This document shows positions 37,752-49,995 of a DNA stretch of 64,000 nucleotides, piece after piece. The position numbers and the translations under genes were made by a program. A model generated the notes under the pieces. The model was not told the DNA's origin. It saw nothing but the letters and a program-made list of their open reading frames with translations, and did no database searches. Position 1 is the first letter of the stretch; every line of letters begins with the position of its first letter. The stretch spans positions 1,922,001 to 1,986,000 of the forward strand of contig OZ037839.1 of the NCBI GenBank assembly GCA_964035575.1, read 5' to 3'. This DNA comes from Rhynchopus sp. YZ270_cl-10. Taxonomy: Eukaryota.

Positions 37752-38419
37752 AAAAAACCCTTTTTTTTTTTTTACGCATGAGCGCAGGGCGTTCGCTATC
37801 GCCATCGTTTTTTCCTGATCGTGGCGAAATGCCAAAAACCCCGAAATTTTCGTTTTTTTACTAGTGCTTAAAATAGGTCAAAAAAATTTTCCCCGCCGGA
37901 GAGAAGTTAGTTCGTGGGGTGAATCCCTGGTACTGAATGGTCAAAAAAAATTTGCGATTTGTGCGTGATCCCTTCCCCAGCACAAGTGATATTACAGCTG
38001 AACTTTCCTGATACTAAAACCAGCAAAACGATGGAGAATTTCATCAATCCCCCCTCACTGAGGGTCTCTTTGTGTTGTTTAATCAAGCAGATGTACAAGA
38101 GAGAGGCATCCGTCATATGAGACTTCATCCTTATTTTGATTATTTTCAACTCTCTGCCATTGAAGATAGAGTTGACACGAGCAGTGACACCTTCTATAAC
38201 AGGGGGTACGGTACACCTTCAGCAGACTGCAGGATTGAGGAGCGAGCGGGAGTGCTGGGGAAACTTCCTCTCACGGCAGGCGGGTTTGCGGATGATTTTG
38301 AGTACAGTGGACACCCCTCTGCGACCCCCCCTCCGGGGGGGTCTACAGGGTGGTGGGGAGAAATCTGTCTCTCTTTTTTTTTTTTTTTTCCCCTTTTTTT
38401 ATTTATTTATTTATTTATA

Positions 38420-38531
38420 CAGGGTTTCGCCCCGGTGGGGCGAAGCCCTGGGGCGAAATAAAACGTCATTTTTTCAGGAAAAGATTTTTTTAACGAAAAA
38501 AAATATTTTTCGCCCCGGGGCGAACGCCCTG
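38420..38531. mobile_element. 112-bp CAG...CTG mini-MITE
   Basis: CAGGGTTTCGCCCCGG...CCGGGGCGAACGCCCTG; no TSD seen. Confidence 0.6.
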
Positions 38532-41500
38532 CATGAGCGGAAAGTGTCACGTCGTTCACTCACCCAACCGTGCTCCGCAACACCACCACCCAACAGGTGA
38601 TTTTTAGTGTGTGTGGAAGCGTCAACGCATCAAACAACTACAAGAAGGGGGGTGAGGGAACGACAAGTGACACTTTTTGTTTGGGTGTACGGCGAACGCA
38701 CAGAAAGGGAATAAGATTTATCTTACAAAACTCTTTTCTTTTTTTTTTATAGTCCTTCCCTCTCCTCCCTCCCTCCTCAATCCTACACGCCTGCACACAT
38801 ACACCCCCCTTCACAAAAGTAGGAGGGGGTAACAAAATAATGAGTGCGCAATACGTGTGTCGCTTTAGGCATTTCACGATTTTAGCCCATTTCAGAGAAA
38901 AGTGCTTCTGAGGAAAATTTTTTAAAAAATACAACAAACAAAAAACAAAAAACAAAAAAAAAAACGACAAAAAACACACCTCTTTGCTTTTGCTCAAGGT
39001 GGATGTGTGCCTTGTTTTTCAAAAAGGCCCTCCTGAATTTTCAGCACACAGAGAGTGTGTGTATGTGCGTTTTTTTTTACCCTCAGAGCTGAGAACATTG
39101 CGATGTTTTGTGTGTTGAAAAAGCAGTTTTTTTTTGGGTACTTTTCGAGGGAAAATTGCCCAAGTGTTTTTTTTTTGTGCTACGTGGTTGCTGTGTGTTA
39201 TTTGTGTTATTCAACAATCATTTTCATGATGTCTTTTGGGGATACTTCACTCATGAGACGCGTGAAGTATCTTTTGCTTATCGTCACCAAAACATAAAAA
39301 GCGTTTTTGTATAGTGGAGCTCATCCTCGGGTGTCTACACTAATACAACCAAATTTTCAAAAAAAAAAATTTAAAAAATGCAATGATAAAAACCCCCCCT
39401 CGAGTGCACGCAAAATGGCGTTTTTCTTGGTGTGTTCTATACGCCCTCCACCATTCTCAATTGATTGCTATTGCTCATGGCAAAACAAAAACAAAAAAAC
39501 AAAAAAACAAAAAAAAAAAATGCCTTTTTCAGCAAAAAATAACATAAAAAACCAGAAGCAAACCATCCTCCCTCTTTTTTACTATCTTTTTTAACTCCCC
39601 CTTTCTCAAATGCTTTTCTGTTCTCCTGAACGTAAGGTATATGAAACATTAATGTTCTTCACTCCTTCACTCCAAACCCAACTCCCAAAAAAAAAAGGGA
39701 AAGACCGTAACCAGGTTCACCAGGTTTTTTCTGCCATGAAATGTGATTTCCAAAGTCGGGGAGTCCACCTGGTGCGGTCATTTTTTTTTGTACCAAAGGT
39801 ACACATGTCACGAGAGGGATTTTTTTGTATTTCAAGTCAAATTTTTTTTTTGTATTGTGCGGACACACAAAAAGCCTTGTTCTCCTCTACCCACACAGAG
39901 GCTGAGTCAAACAGCCTTTTTACTGAAATAAGGAGAGCATACCGGTGTTCAGATTATTTGAAAGAATTTTTTTTTTTTTTTAGCATTTTGCTGCATTTTG
40001 CTTTGTAGCTAGGTAAAGGAGAAGGGGGAGGGAAGGGGCTGTAAGCACCTCCCCCATCTCCAGAACGACCCCTAAAAAAAAAAATCGTTTTTATTTTTTC
40101 CCCGCAAAATATTTTTTTTTGATTGAAGTTAAATCATCCAAAAAGCCATACAACGATACCGATAATCATTTCCCCCCCCATTTTTTTTCTTCTTCTTCTT
40201 CCTTTTTTTTGTTTTTTTGTTCTTTTTTTTAGGTCAGACCAAGGGGGTTTGCCTTGCCACACTCACGGAGAGGATGAAGTGTGCCGTCTGTATTTCCTCA
40301 CGTTGGCCAGAGGGGTATGCGGGACTATTCTGTACTGTCCTCAGGGCGCTAAACGTCCCTGCCCCCTACTAAATGCAAAGTTAAACCCTGTTTAGGGTAT
40401 TTTTAATACCGGTCTGTGCTTCCCCAGGCTGTGAAAGGTGTTTTTTGCACTCAGCATGAAACAGTGACCAACAGAGCCAGACTTTTCTCTGCTGTGTCAA
40501 ACATAAAAGTGTTGATTGAATGAATACTAACAAAATACACACTCTCCATAACAGTGCAGAACACAACTCTATCAGTCTCCATAAAGTGATCACCAAACGA
40601 CCACCAAACGGTCTTGATGCTGAGTAATAAAGGCATCAATCCCGACTTCGCAAGACCCCAGCGTAGTCCACACAGAACAACACAAGCCGCCAAAGGCTTA
40701 GTTAATAACAAAAAAAAGCTATAGTGGAGCACACTCTAGGGTGGCTACACTAATACAACCAAGTTTTCAAAAAAAAAAAAATGCAACCCCCATTTCAAAC
40801 TACCCCCCCTTGAAGGTCCCTTGAAGGTCCCCCCTTCTGTACCCCTTTGTCACGCCTATTGTCAGGTACACCATTCTCTCGAACCCGCCCATAACTCAAC
40901 AGAGCACGACTCCTGTTGCGTCGCAAAGAGAGGGAAGGGAAGGTAACCCTTAGCTGCACTACTTTTTCTTTCCCAGCTAAAAGGTTACAATAGTAGAGAA
41001 TAATTGAGTCACGCCGTGTCTTTTCTTTTTTTTCTGTAGAAAGACCAACCGTTTTTTAAAATGTCACAAATCACAAAAAAAGCTAGAACAAAAAAAAAAC
41101 GTCTCCAAGCCCTTCAGGGAGGCAGACATCAACGAACCCATGATTAGGTTACAGTTTTGTGTAGACCGGTTATGTTGTGCGGGCCTGATGTGGCCTGAAC
41201 TATGACTACTCTCATGTGTTTAGGATTATTCACCCACATCCCCCCGCGGGACCCCCCCTGGCTGGGGCGGTAAATATGTATAATACGCGATACGTATGAT
41301 ACGTGTGGGGGTAGTCACGTATTTGCCAACCCCCCGGGTGGGTTGTTTCGTAAAAAAAGTCGAGACAAAAAAAAAATATCAAAAGTTATCGACACAATAA
41401 GATCCCCCCCCTTTTTAGGTGACTGCAATGTCATGAATAACGTACCTCTCGATTGGGGGGTTTAACCATACAAAATAAAATAAAATAAAACTGACAGACT

Positions 41501-41988
41501 GGAGATTGCACAACTGTGGCAACTACACACTACTCCAACAATTTATAAAAAAAAAAAAAAGAAATCTATAAAAGTCTAGCAACAGCAGCAAAAGACACTA
41601 CAGCATCACCTTTTTTTTCTTCTTTCAGTTCGGAAAACTCCATCTTTCGATTGAAAATAATATCTTAATCATTTTCTTTCAATTTTTTTTTGTGATGCGC
41701 ACTCAGCAGAGAGAGCTTTATATATAGATATGCATCTACGAGAGGCATATTTATCTTTCTCAACTTTTCTTAAATGTCCACCCACCTAACAGCCCAATCT
41801 ATTTCCATCCAACAGCACCCATTATCACCTATTTTTCCTTCCGCACTTTTTTTTTTAAAATTTGCGGAAGGAATGAATGAAGTGAGCCTTTTTTTGTTTT
41901 TTGGCCACTTTCTGAGAGGGTGCATGTGTGTGTGTGTGTGTCTTAACTTCGTGTATTCGCTTGAGGCATATTTCTTTTGTTCCTCCCC

Positions 41989-42056
41989 TGGTGCTCCGGG
42001 AAATCGGTCAACGACCTGTCAGCGCCCTGTCGATATCGACCCCCTCCGGATCATCA
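41989..42056. mobile_element. 68-bp TG...CA mini-element with 5-bp TSD
   Basis: TGGTGCTCCGG...CCGGATCATCA; TSD TCCCC; sister copy at 11647-11703. Confidence 0.7.
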
Positions 42057-42481
42057 TCCCCGTTTTTTTTTTCTCCCCCACTCCGAGCTGCTCTTCCCTC
42101 GCTAGCTTTTTTCCCAGAATTTTTTACATTCTTTCAATGAACCACATTGTTTATTTTGACGATGTGTCCGTACACATTTTTTCAAAAAAAAACGAAATGG
42201 ATGTAGGTTGGGGGTCCACCCACGGTGCACCGGGTCATTGTACCAAAGGTACACTGTTTTATAAGAGGTCGTATTTCAAGTCAAATTTCTTCGAGAGGCA
42301 TCCACATCCTTCTTGTTCCAAGAACGGGGGCGGATGTACGTTACATCCTCTACTTTACCGTTCTCCTTGAAGTGAAGGCGAACGAATTTATTTCGTGAAA
42401 AATTCAAAATGGGAAAAAAAGAATTCAGAAAAACAAAAAACTTGGCTCGAAGTTGTATTACCGACTGCTTCTTGTATATAT

Positions 42482-43529
42482 GGCAGCGTCCGCGAAAGAC
42501 CCCCCCCTAAAGCTAACATCCATGCTTATTGGTATTTCACTAATTAAAATTTTGGTATTTTATAAGATTTTTTTTTAAAATGAACTCAGAGTTAAGTTTC
42601 TGAGTTCATTAAAAAAAAAATCGGTGAAAAATTCCGAGTAGGTATTAATTTAGATAGGAAAAGCTATGTCAACAGCTATGTGTCCCCTTATTTTACCTGT
42701 AAATACTAAGGATATACAAGGAAATCCTCACAAACACCCATATAACCACCCATAGAACAACACAACAGGGGGAAATGTAATCAGCAGCCAAAGCATTCGC
42801 TCAGGAGCTGAAAACCCGGCCTTTCCGAGGCCTAAAAAACTTCGCCGAGCTGCAGGTGTATGCAGGGGTTCACTGGCAGGGGGGCAAAGGGTGGGGCGCG
42901 AGGAGCTGGATGCGCGAGGTGTGTAGCTCGAAGCATATGTCCCTCCATATGCAGAAGACAACCACCAGGAGAAAAGGGGCGTCCGCCGTTTACTACTCCT
43001 GTAGTTGCATCAGCGACACCCTCAGGAGGACAGTGACAGCGAGACGGAGGAGGAAGAGGAGGAACAGGCGGACAATTGTCTGTAACTCTTGGAGAGACTC
43101 ATCACTGAGGTCAATAGGGTCACTCAAAAAAGGGGGTTTTCTGCGAGAAAGTCGACGTCGCCGCAGACGACCCGGAGCGTGAAGCTCTTTCGCGCTCTAT
43201 TTAGAGTGTTCGGAGGGGACGACAAGCCTCCACCCCCCTTTCCTACCCCCTTTTTGATAATGGGTTTAGAGACAGATATTAGTGAATTCCTTCCTATATC
43301 CTTAGTATTTACAGGTAAAATAAGGGGACACATAGCTGTTGACATAGCTTTTCCTATCTAAATTAATACCTACTCGGAATTTTTCACCGATTTTTTTTTT
43401 AATGAACTCAGAAACTTAACTCTGAGTTCATTTAAAAAAAAAATCTTATAAAATACCAAAATTTTAATGAGTGAAATACCAATAAGCATGGATGTTAGCT
43501 TTAGGGGGGGGTCTTTCGCGGACGCTCCC
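42482..43529. mobile_element. Long-TIR internally deleted DNA transposon (family T)
   Basis: ~245-bp TIRs (42482-42727 vs 43285-43529), AT (or TA) duplicated at the ends; GC-richer coding-like interior. Confidence 0.9.
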
Positions 43530-45154
43530 ATATGCCAACATAAAGTGTTTTCCTTTTTTTTAATGTGTCGACAGTAAGGCACATTCATCTCTGCTAGTTT
43601 ACAGTTTTTATGAAGATGTGTATGCAACGTGAAGCATATTTACCTCTTTCAACTTCTCTCCCCTGCCCCCCTTTTTATCAGTCTCTGCGCTGCATTTTGC
43701 AGCAAGAGACTGGTTTCTTAGCATCCATTTTTTAGATTTTATGATTTTATGAGTTTTATCTTTTGTGCTTTCATCCATGACTGGCATCGTATGGTGAGTG
43801 GAGGGAGGTGCCTGCATCAATAACTATTATTTTATGTGTGTTGTGCACAAAGGGCACAGTCATTCTCTACAAGCGTTTTTCACTGCCGCCTGCATCCAAG
43901 AAGGTGTCTCACGCGGCGCCCAAACCCCCCTCCCCCTCTGAAAGTGGACTCAACTCAGCACAGTGCGGCTTCGGTCCCTCATTACAGAAACTTTTGTTCT
44001 TTCCCCCACCACCCCTTCTCCCGTTTTTACGTTTTTTTTTACGTTTTTTTTTTACGTTTTATTTTCCATAAAATGCATCCCCCTTTCTCGTTCTCCTCGA
44101 CGTTCTCCTGGCTCTGCACTTTTTTTTAACCCTTGTTTCATTTCTGCGTTGATTTCCAACAGTGGTGGAAGCGTACAAACTAACAAACTCTCACCTGAAT
44201 AGGCTATTTTGTTTCCCCGTTGTTTCCCCGTTGCTGTGTGGGTGACGATAGCTATTGACGCCGTATTTTTATAACTCTTTGTTTCATTTATGCTTTTAGT
44301 GATGTGTTATATATAGGAGGCCATTTTAGGTGGTGTTATGTGTTGTTGTGATTAAAAAGCAGTTGTGGGGTAGTTTCCCAAGGAGCATTTCCACTACGAC
44401 TGCTTGCGTTGTGTGTTTGACATCAGGTGTGGTTCACCCTTATTCCCCGAGGGGTCGGTCTGGGTGAAATCTGCATGGGGAAATGACAGAGATACACAGA
44501 ACGATGTTCAATGATGCAAGCCCCGCTGTACGTATGCGTGCGTACAGCAAGCAGTCCTCATCTTTTTTTGTTGCGCAAAATTGCGTGTGTGTTTTGAAAA
44601 AGCAAGAGTGGTCCGAAGCATTTTACCACAATTTGCGTGTGTATTGCGCAGCGAAAGGCATATTTCATCGTTTCACGTCTTCCTTAAGGGGTGGGAATGG
44701 CTGCACAGTGCGGTCTGCACACAACGACGGGTTTATACTGTGTAATACATAAGGGGTCGGGTTACCCTGCACGCTTGACAGCATTCAGGGCTCCGGCCTC
44801 TTGCTTTTTCTGTTCTCCTGAAAGTATATGAAATTTATGTTTTCCTTTTTTTCATTTTTCTGAAAGAAGATGTGTGTGTGTGTTTGATAACTAGTAGGGG
44901 TAATTCTTGCTCAGAATATGGCCCCAATGTGTGTGTGTGTGTGTGTGTACAGTTGAGGCAGACATTCTCCAATTTCGTTCTCTTTTTCTTTCATTCTCTT
45001 CTTTCTCTGGAGAGTGTTTTTCGCACACACACGCGCAGCTTTTTTAAAATTTTTTTTTAGATCCTCGTTTTTTCTATTACCCTCCCGATTGTTAGCACTT
45101 TTCAAGATTATTTTATATTCAACTTTACTCTTTTTTTTCGCAATATTTCGTTTC

Positions 45155-45202
45155 GTGCCTGCGTCCGCCGATGTACGGTGAGGCGTTTGCACTTTTCAAC
45201 TT
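45155..45202. repeat. ~50-bp hairpin dispersed repeat (GTGCCTGCGTCCGCCGATGTACGGTGAGGCGTTTGCAC)
   Basis: Copies at 29058-29109, 37013-37062 and, reverse-complemented, 59631-59680; mostly T-tract flanks. Confidence 0.82.
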
Positions 45203-47286
45203 TTTTATAAACTTTTTTTGTTTTTCTTTTTTTGTAACCCTTTTTGAAGCCTTCATCTATGTGGAATACAGGGGATGAGCTTCTTGGGATGCCCTTCTTC
45301 CTCTCTCCCCTTTTCGGGATACAGAGAGGACACGTGCCCCTCTTGGACCGTAACCCATCCTGTGAAGTAGTTTTACTTCAGCCAGGACAAGCTAGAGTCT
45401 AAAAATGGGGTGGGGGGCTTTTTCAGGAAATTTTTTTTTAAAAAAAACCCACATGGAGCCGTGCCTGCGTCCCCCCCCCCTGGGGACTCCCCCCCCAGGG
45501 GTCGCTTTTTGCTCTGTCAACTTTATTTTTTTTTGGGTGCATTCACTGTACACACATAACTACTGAGATGTGTACAGGGCTTAGAACAAAACATAACTAA
45601 ATAAACAAAAAATGAATTTTTTAAAGAAATCGAAAAACTTGTTGGAGTATGTAACAATAGCATTTCCCTTCTCTCTCTCTCCTCCCTTTCTTCATGCATG
45701 CAAACTCCCCGAAAGGTGAACGTACCTTAAGGTAGAAGCATTTTTATTCTTATTTTATTTTTGGATTTTACAGATTCCCCCAAAGGGGACAACGAAGCAT
45801 ATTCTTTTCCAGATTTCCACGAGAGGATTAGGTTCATCTTAAGAAAGAGTTGCCATGGTCTTATCCCTGTGTGATTTCCTTTGTTCTTTCCCCCCCCCTC
45901 TTCGTTTCCTTTTCTTTTATTTTGAAAAACACGAAAAAAGATTCCTGAAGACCAATTGGTCATGGATCCAAAACACAAAAGCAACAACAAAACAAAAAAG
46001 CAAATAGTACATTTTTAAAGACCACCAAAACAAAAAGAGCACAAAGCAAAAACAACAACTTTCTGACAAACCCCCCTCTTCGTTTCTTACTGTTATTCCT
46101 TTCTTGCTGACTCTTTATTTGTTTTCTTTTGTCTCTGAGGACACACTCCCCCCCCAAGAACCTTCCCATTTTTCTTTTTGAAAAGACAGTATGCTTTTAT
46201 AAACAACCTTTTTATTGTTTCACCCCTCTTCCCTTTTTATCGATTTCTGTTGCAATTTTTTTTCATCATCTTTTTTTTTTTGTGTGCCCTACTCACTCTC
46301 TCTCTCTCTCTCTCTCTTCCCAAGGGGAAAAAAACCCCAAAAAAACTGCTCTCCTTAAAAGTTGAAAAGATGTGTGCATCATCTTTTCAACTTACCTTCC
46401 TTCACCCCCCCTGTAAGGGCAACCGTAGGTGAAGTAAGGTATAGTACACCACGACCTAGTATGGGCAATGACAAGGGGGTATGACTAGAAAAGATGTGTG
46501 CATCATCTTTTTTTTATTTTATTTTGGATGGCTGGCATCGTGGGTCAGTCGGAGGTGCCTGCATTAATAACTTCCCTTTATTTTTGAGATGTGTGTACTC
46601 TCCAGGTACGTTCATCTGAATGAAGAACCCCCAACCCCCCTGGACCCCTGTTGTTATGTAAAAATGTATAGTAGGTTGCATTGCATTGCATTGCACTGTG
46701 TCTCACGACTTCTGCACCAGTAGTAAGGGATAGGAAGGACCAGATGCGGGTTTCTTATTGTGTGCTTTCATCCGATACTGGTATCGTCCAGTGGGCACAG
46801 TTCACTCTTTTTATTTTTTTTTGCGCACAGCGTCAGGTGTCACGTCGTTCACTCATCCAACCGTGCTCCGCAACACCACCACCCCAACAGGTGAGAGATA
46901 GTGTGTGTGGAAAGCGTCAACGCATCAAAACAACTACAAGAAATAAGGGGTGAGAGGGGAACGAAGTGACACTTTTGTCTTTTTAATTTTATTTCTACTT
47001 ATGCTGTGGTTTCATCAAAATCGTGTGTGGGTTTCTTTGTTTTCTTTTTTGCGATTCTCTGATCTATGGCTTGAAACAACAGGTACAGTCTGAAAATAAG
47101 CTGAGAAAAAACACCGACTAAAAAAAAAAAAAAAACGTGTACAAAATAGTGGAGCACACTCCAGGTGGTTACACTAAAAACAAAGTTTTCAAAAAACGTA
47201 CATTTGCTTACATTTTTTATGTTCAAACCCCTCCCTCAAAAGTAAAATCGCGCCTGTGCACATGGTGCCGGAAAAATTAATTCTTA

Positions 47287-47566
47287 CTGGGGGGGGGCGA
47301 ATAAGAGATGTGGCATCTCTTATTAGGCGAACGGACGAGCCAGAAATAAAAAAAATTTTTTGGGGGGAAAAAAGCAAAAAGACATTTTCGCCGGAGGCAA
47401 AAAAAATATTTTGACCACTTTTTTGCCAGACCGGGTAGACAGGGTAAAATTTCAAAAAAAAATTTCAAGATAAAACCCTGGCGCATGCAAAAAAAAAAAA
47501 AAAATACCCCCAAAATCTCAACCTGATCTCTTATTCGGCCCTGATCTCTTATTCGCCCCCCCCCAG
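47287..47566. mobile_element. TA-flanked MITE (family G4)
   Basis: TA-CTG-Gn-CGAATAAGAGAT...ATCTCTTATTCG-Cn-AG-TA. Confidence 0.88.
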
Positions 47567-47634
47567 TAACTTTACTTCAAAAAATGAAAACAAAAAAATC
47601 CGGGAAAATGCCCCCCCCCCCCCCCCCCCCCCCC

Positions 47635-48877
47635 CAGTGATGCAGGAATCCAGGGTCCCAAACAAAAAAACCCAAAAAACCCAAAAAAACCAAAAAAACC
47701 CATAAAAACCCAAAAAAACCCAAAAAAACCCACCGCATTATATTTTGCTTTTGGGGCGTGGAGTGTGATTTTTTTTGCTCAAAACATCGCAAATATGAAT
47801 TTTCGGAGCGATCTGAAAAAATTGCGGGGTCGGACATTTTTTTTGGTGGAGTTTAACCACCTAAAATTGACTTCTAAGTCAGACGTTTCTTTTCGGTTTC
47901 TGAAGAATTTTAGTGTCATGAGTTTACGTGTATAAACCTTCTGTTACGTGTGCACCTACAGCTACAACAGGCGTTTTCACCTGGAGTTTCACCTCTTTTG
48001 GTGGGTTTTTTGAGTCCATACCCAGGTAGGGATTCCGGTGTCAGAACCATGGGTGGTTCCACTGCAGTACCACGTAACCCACGTTTAAACCCCAAAAACC
48101 CCCGGTGGCACCATCTTCTCGGTGAGCAATGAGTGTGACCCGCGCGTGCTCCTTTCGTCACGCAAACCAAAAAGCGGTGCAATGTTGTGAATTTTTTTAA
48201 AGATTTTGTGCGTTTTCCTGATTTTCGTACATTTTGTTGCGTTTTGGGTTGTGGTATTGTAGACTTTTGTGTAGATTTCGTGGGTTTTTTCGTTTTTTTC
48301 TTTGTAAATTTGGGTCACCGCCTAAAACACCAAAAATGCAGGTTAGTACCGCAATGAGGCAGAATAGTGGCGATACACATTGTTGTCCTTTACCGTGGGT
48401 GTCCAAAGACACACTCTTTTTTTGGCTGAAAATGGAGGGTGCGTGCTGGGCAGCTTCACTGCCCACATTAATACAGTAAAACTGGCTTGTGCCTATGTAT
48501 GAACTGGTTTTTCAGGTCAAAAATGGCCTGAAAAAGTGGTGTTTTTGGGGTCTGGTACCTGTGTGTGACCATACCACAGGTGGTATGATGAGTGATCTGA
48601 CCATATTCTCCAGGTATAACAAACACCCAAAAAACCAATTGGCGAAGGAATTTTGCACTTTTGACCACCACAGATTGCATGTTTTCCAAGGCATTTTTTC
48701 TATGCACTTGTGTGTGCTGGGAAGCATGCAGCCAGTGTTAAAAATTCACGAATACCCTACCGAAAACCAGAAAGTCAAAAAACCCATAAAAACCCGAAAA
48801 AACTGGTTTTGAAAAAACCCAAAAAAACCCATAAAAACCCAAAAAAACCCAGCAAAAAAACCCACCTTGCATCACTG
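47635..48877. mobile_element. hAT-like non-autonomous element (family F) inserted in a poly-C run
   Basis: CAGTGATGCA...TGCATCACTG; C-runs on both sides compatible with a C8 TSD; AAAAAACCC subterminal arrays. Confidence 0.82.
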
Positions 48878-48889
48878 CCCCCCCCCCTA

Positions 48890-49735
48890 GGCATACTGTG
48901 CAGGCGAGCCGTTTTTAGGCGAGTTTTTCGTTTTCCTGATTTTCAGGAAAAACTCGCCAAAAACTCGCCCTACTCGCCCATTACTCGCCTATTACTCGCC
49001 AAAACTCGCCAAAAACTCGCCAAAACTCGCCTAAACTCGCCAAAAACTCGCCTAAACTCGCCTAAACTCGCCCCAATTTGGGTGCAAATCCTGGTGCACA
49101 TACGCACCTTGGGGGTGAAAATGTGCACCAGGATGTGAAAATGGAGGGCGGGGGTGACTGATGACAACATGCCACTCGAAAACACACAAAAAAAATTGAA
49201 ATTGTGTCACTTGTACGTCTAACGGCAACCATGTCACGGCAGTGGCTGACAGGCATGTATGTAAACATTTGCTCCAGGGGAAGATCCAGGCGTGCCATAG
49301 ATCCCGGGGGACAAGACGTGCTACAATCCGGAGGATGACGAAGACATGAGCCGGGGCTGCACTCGCTATACAACAATGTCCTCGCCATGCCGGTAAATGG
49401 CAACCCTGCAGGCCACCCCTTGGCGGTATTCCCCACGACTACATCGCACCCATCTGTGCAAGCTTCATGGATCCGCAGAAGCTACAGCTGGACTGGTGGT
49501 ACTGGTTGTGGAAGCCTACAAAGCAAACTGTAGAGGTCTTGTTCAAGTGGAACGAAAAAAATTTTCTCTTCAAAACTCAAATTTCCCTCATATTTTCGTG
49601 TGTACACTTTTCCCAAGGTAAAATCCCTACCCAAAAAAAAAAAACTCGCCAAAACTCGCCCCCCAAAAATGGGCGAGTTTTAGGCGAGTTTTTGGCGAGT
49701 AGGCGAGTTTTTTTTACTCGCCCGCACAGTATGCC
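48890..49735. mobile_element. MITE family C, copy 2 (inverted relative to copy 1)
   Basis: Reverse complement of 579-1431; TA flanks. Confidence 0.9.
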
Positions 49736-49981
49736 TAGGGGGGGGCAAAAAGCGGTGTTTAGTGAAATTTTTTGAGTTACGATACCACAGAGGCTCGAAA
49801 CACAAAATCTCTGGCGAATATGGATTTTTTGGGGCTCAGGAGGGGGGTGTGCCTGGTCACAGGCCTCCAAATGCGCCCAGAAACATGAAAAATATGAAAA
49901 ATTGACTGGTTTTTTGGGGTTTTCGCACTTTTCGCACTTTTGGGAAAACAGCGTTTTTTCACTCTTTTTTTGAAAAAAATA

Positions 49982-49995
49982 TCTGTACTTCATTG
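49982..49995 (+). other. Spliced-leader (mini-exon) 3' end relic TCTGTACTTCATTG
   Basis: Matches the conserved euglenozoan SL 3' end TCTGTACT(T/A)(T/C)ATTG (recalled from memory) and lies exactly at the 5' junction of a TSD-flanked insert. Confidence 0.72.

Noticed and set aside
37960..38320. Coding-like stretch (ORF 38072-38461); similar patches at 11484-11669, 14185-14481 and 56200-56770
   Set aside because: No recognisable domain, stops or frameshifts and no clear start; possibly gene fragments or exons but not supportable
47660..47730. (AAAAAACCC)n arrays as telomeric repeats
   Set aside because: Irregular, internal, and repeated near the other end of element F, so they are subterminal transposon motifs
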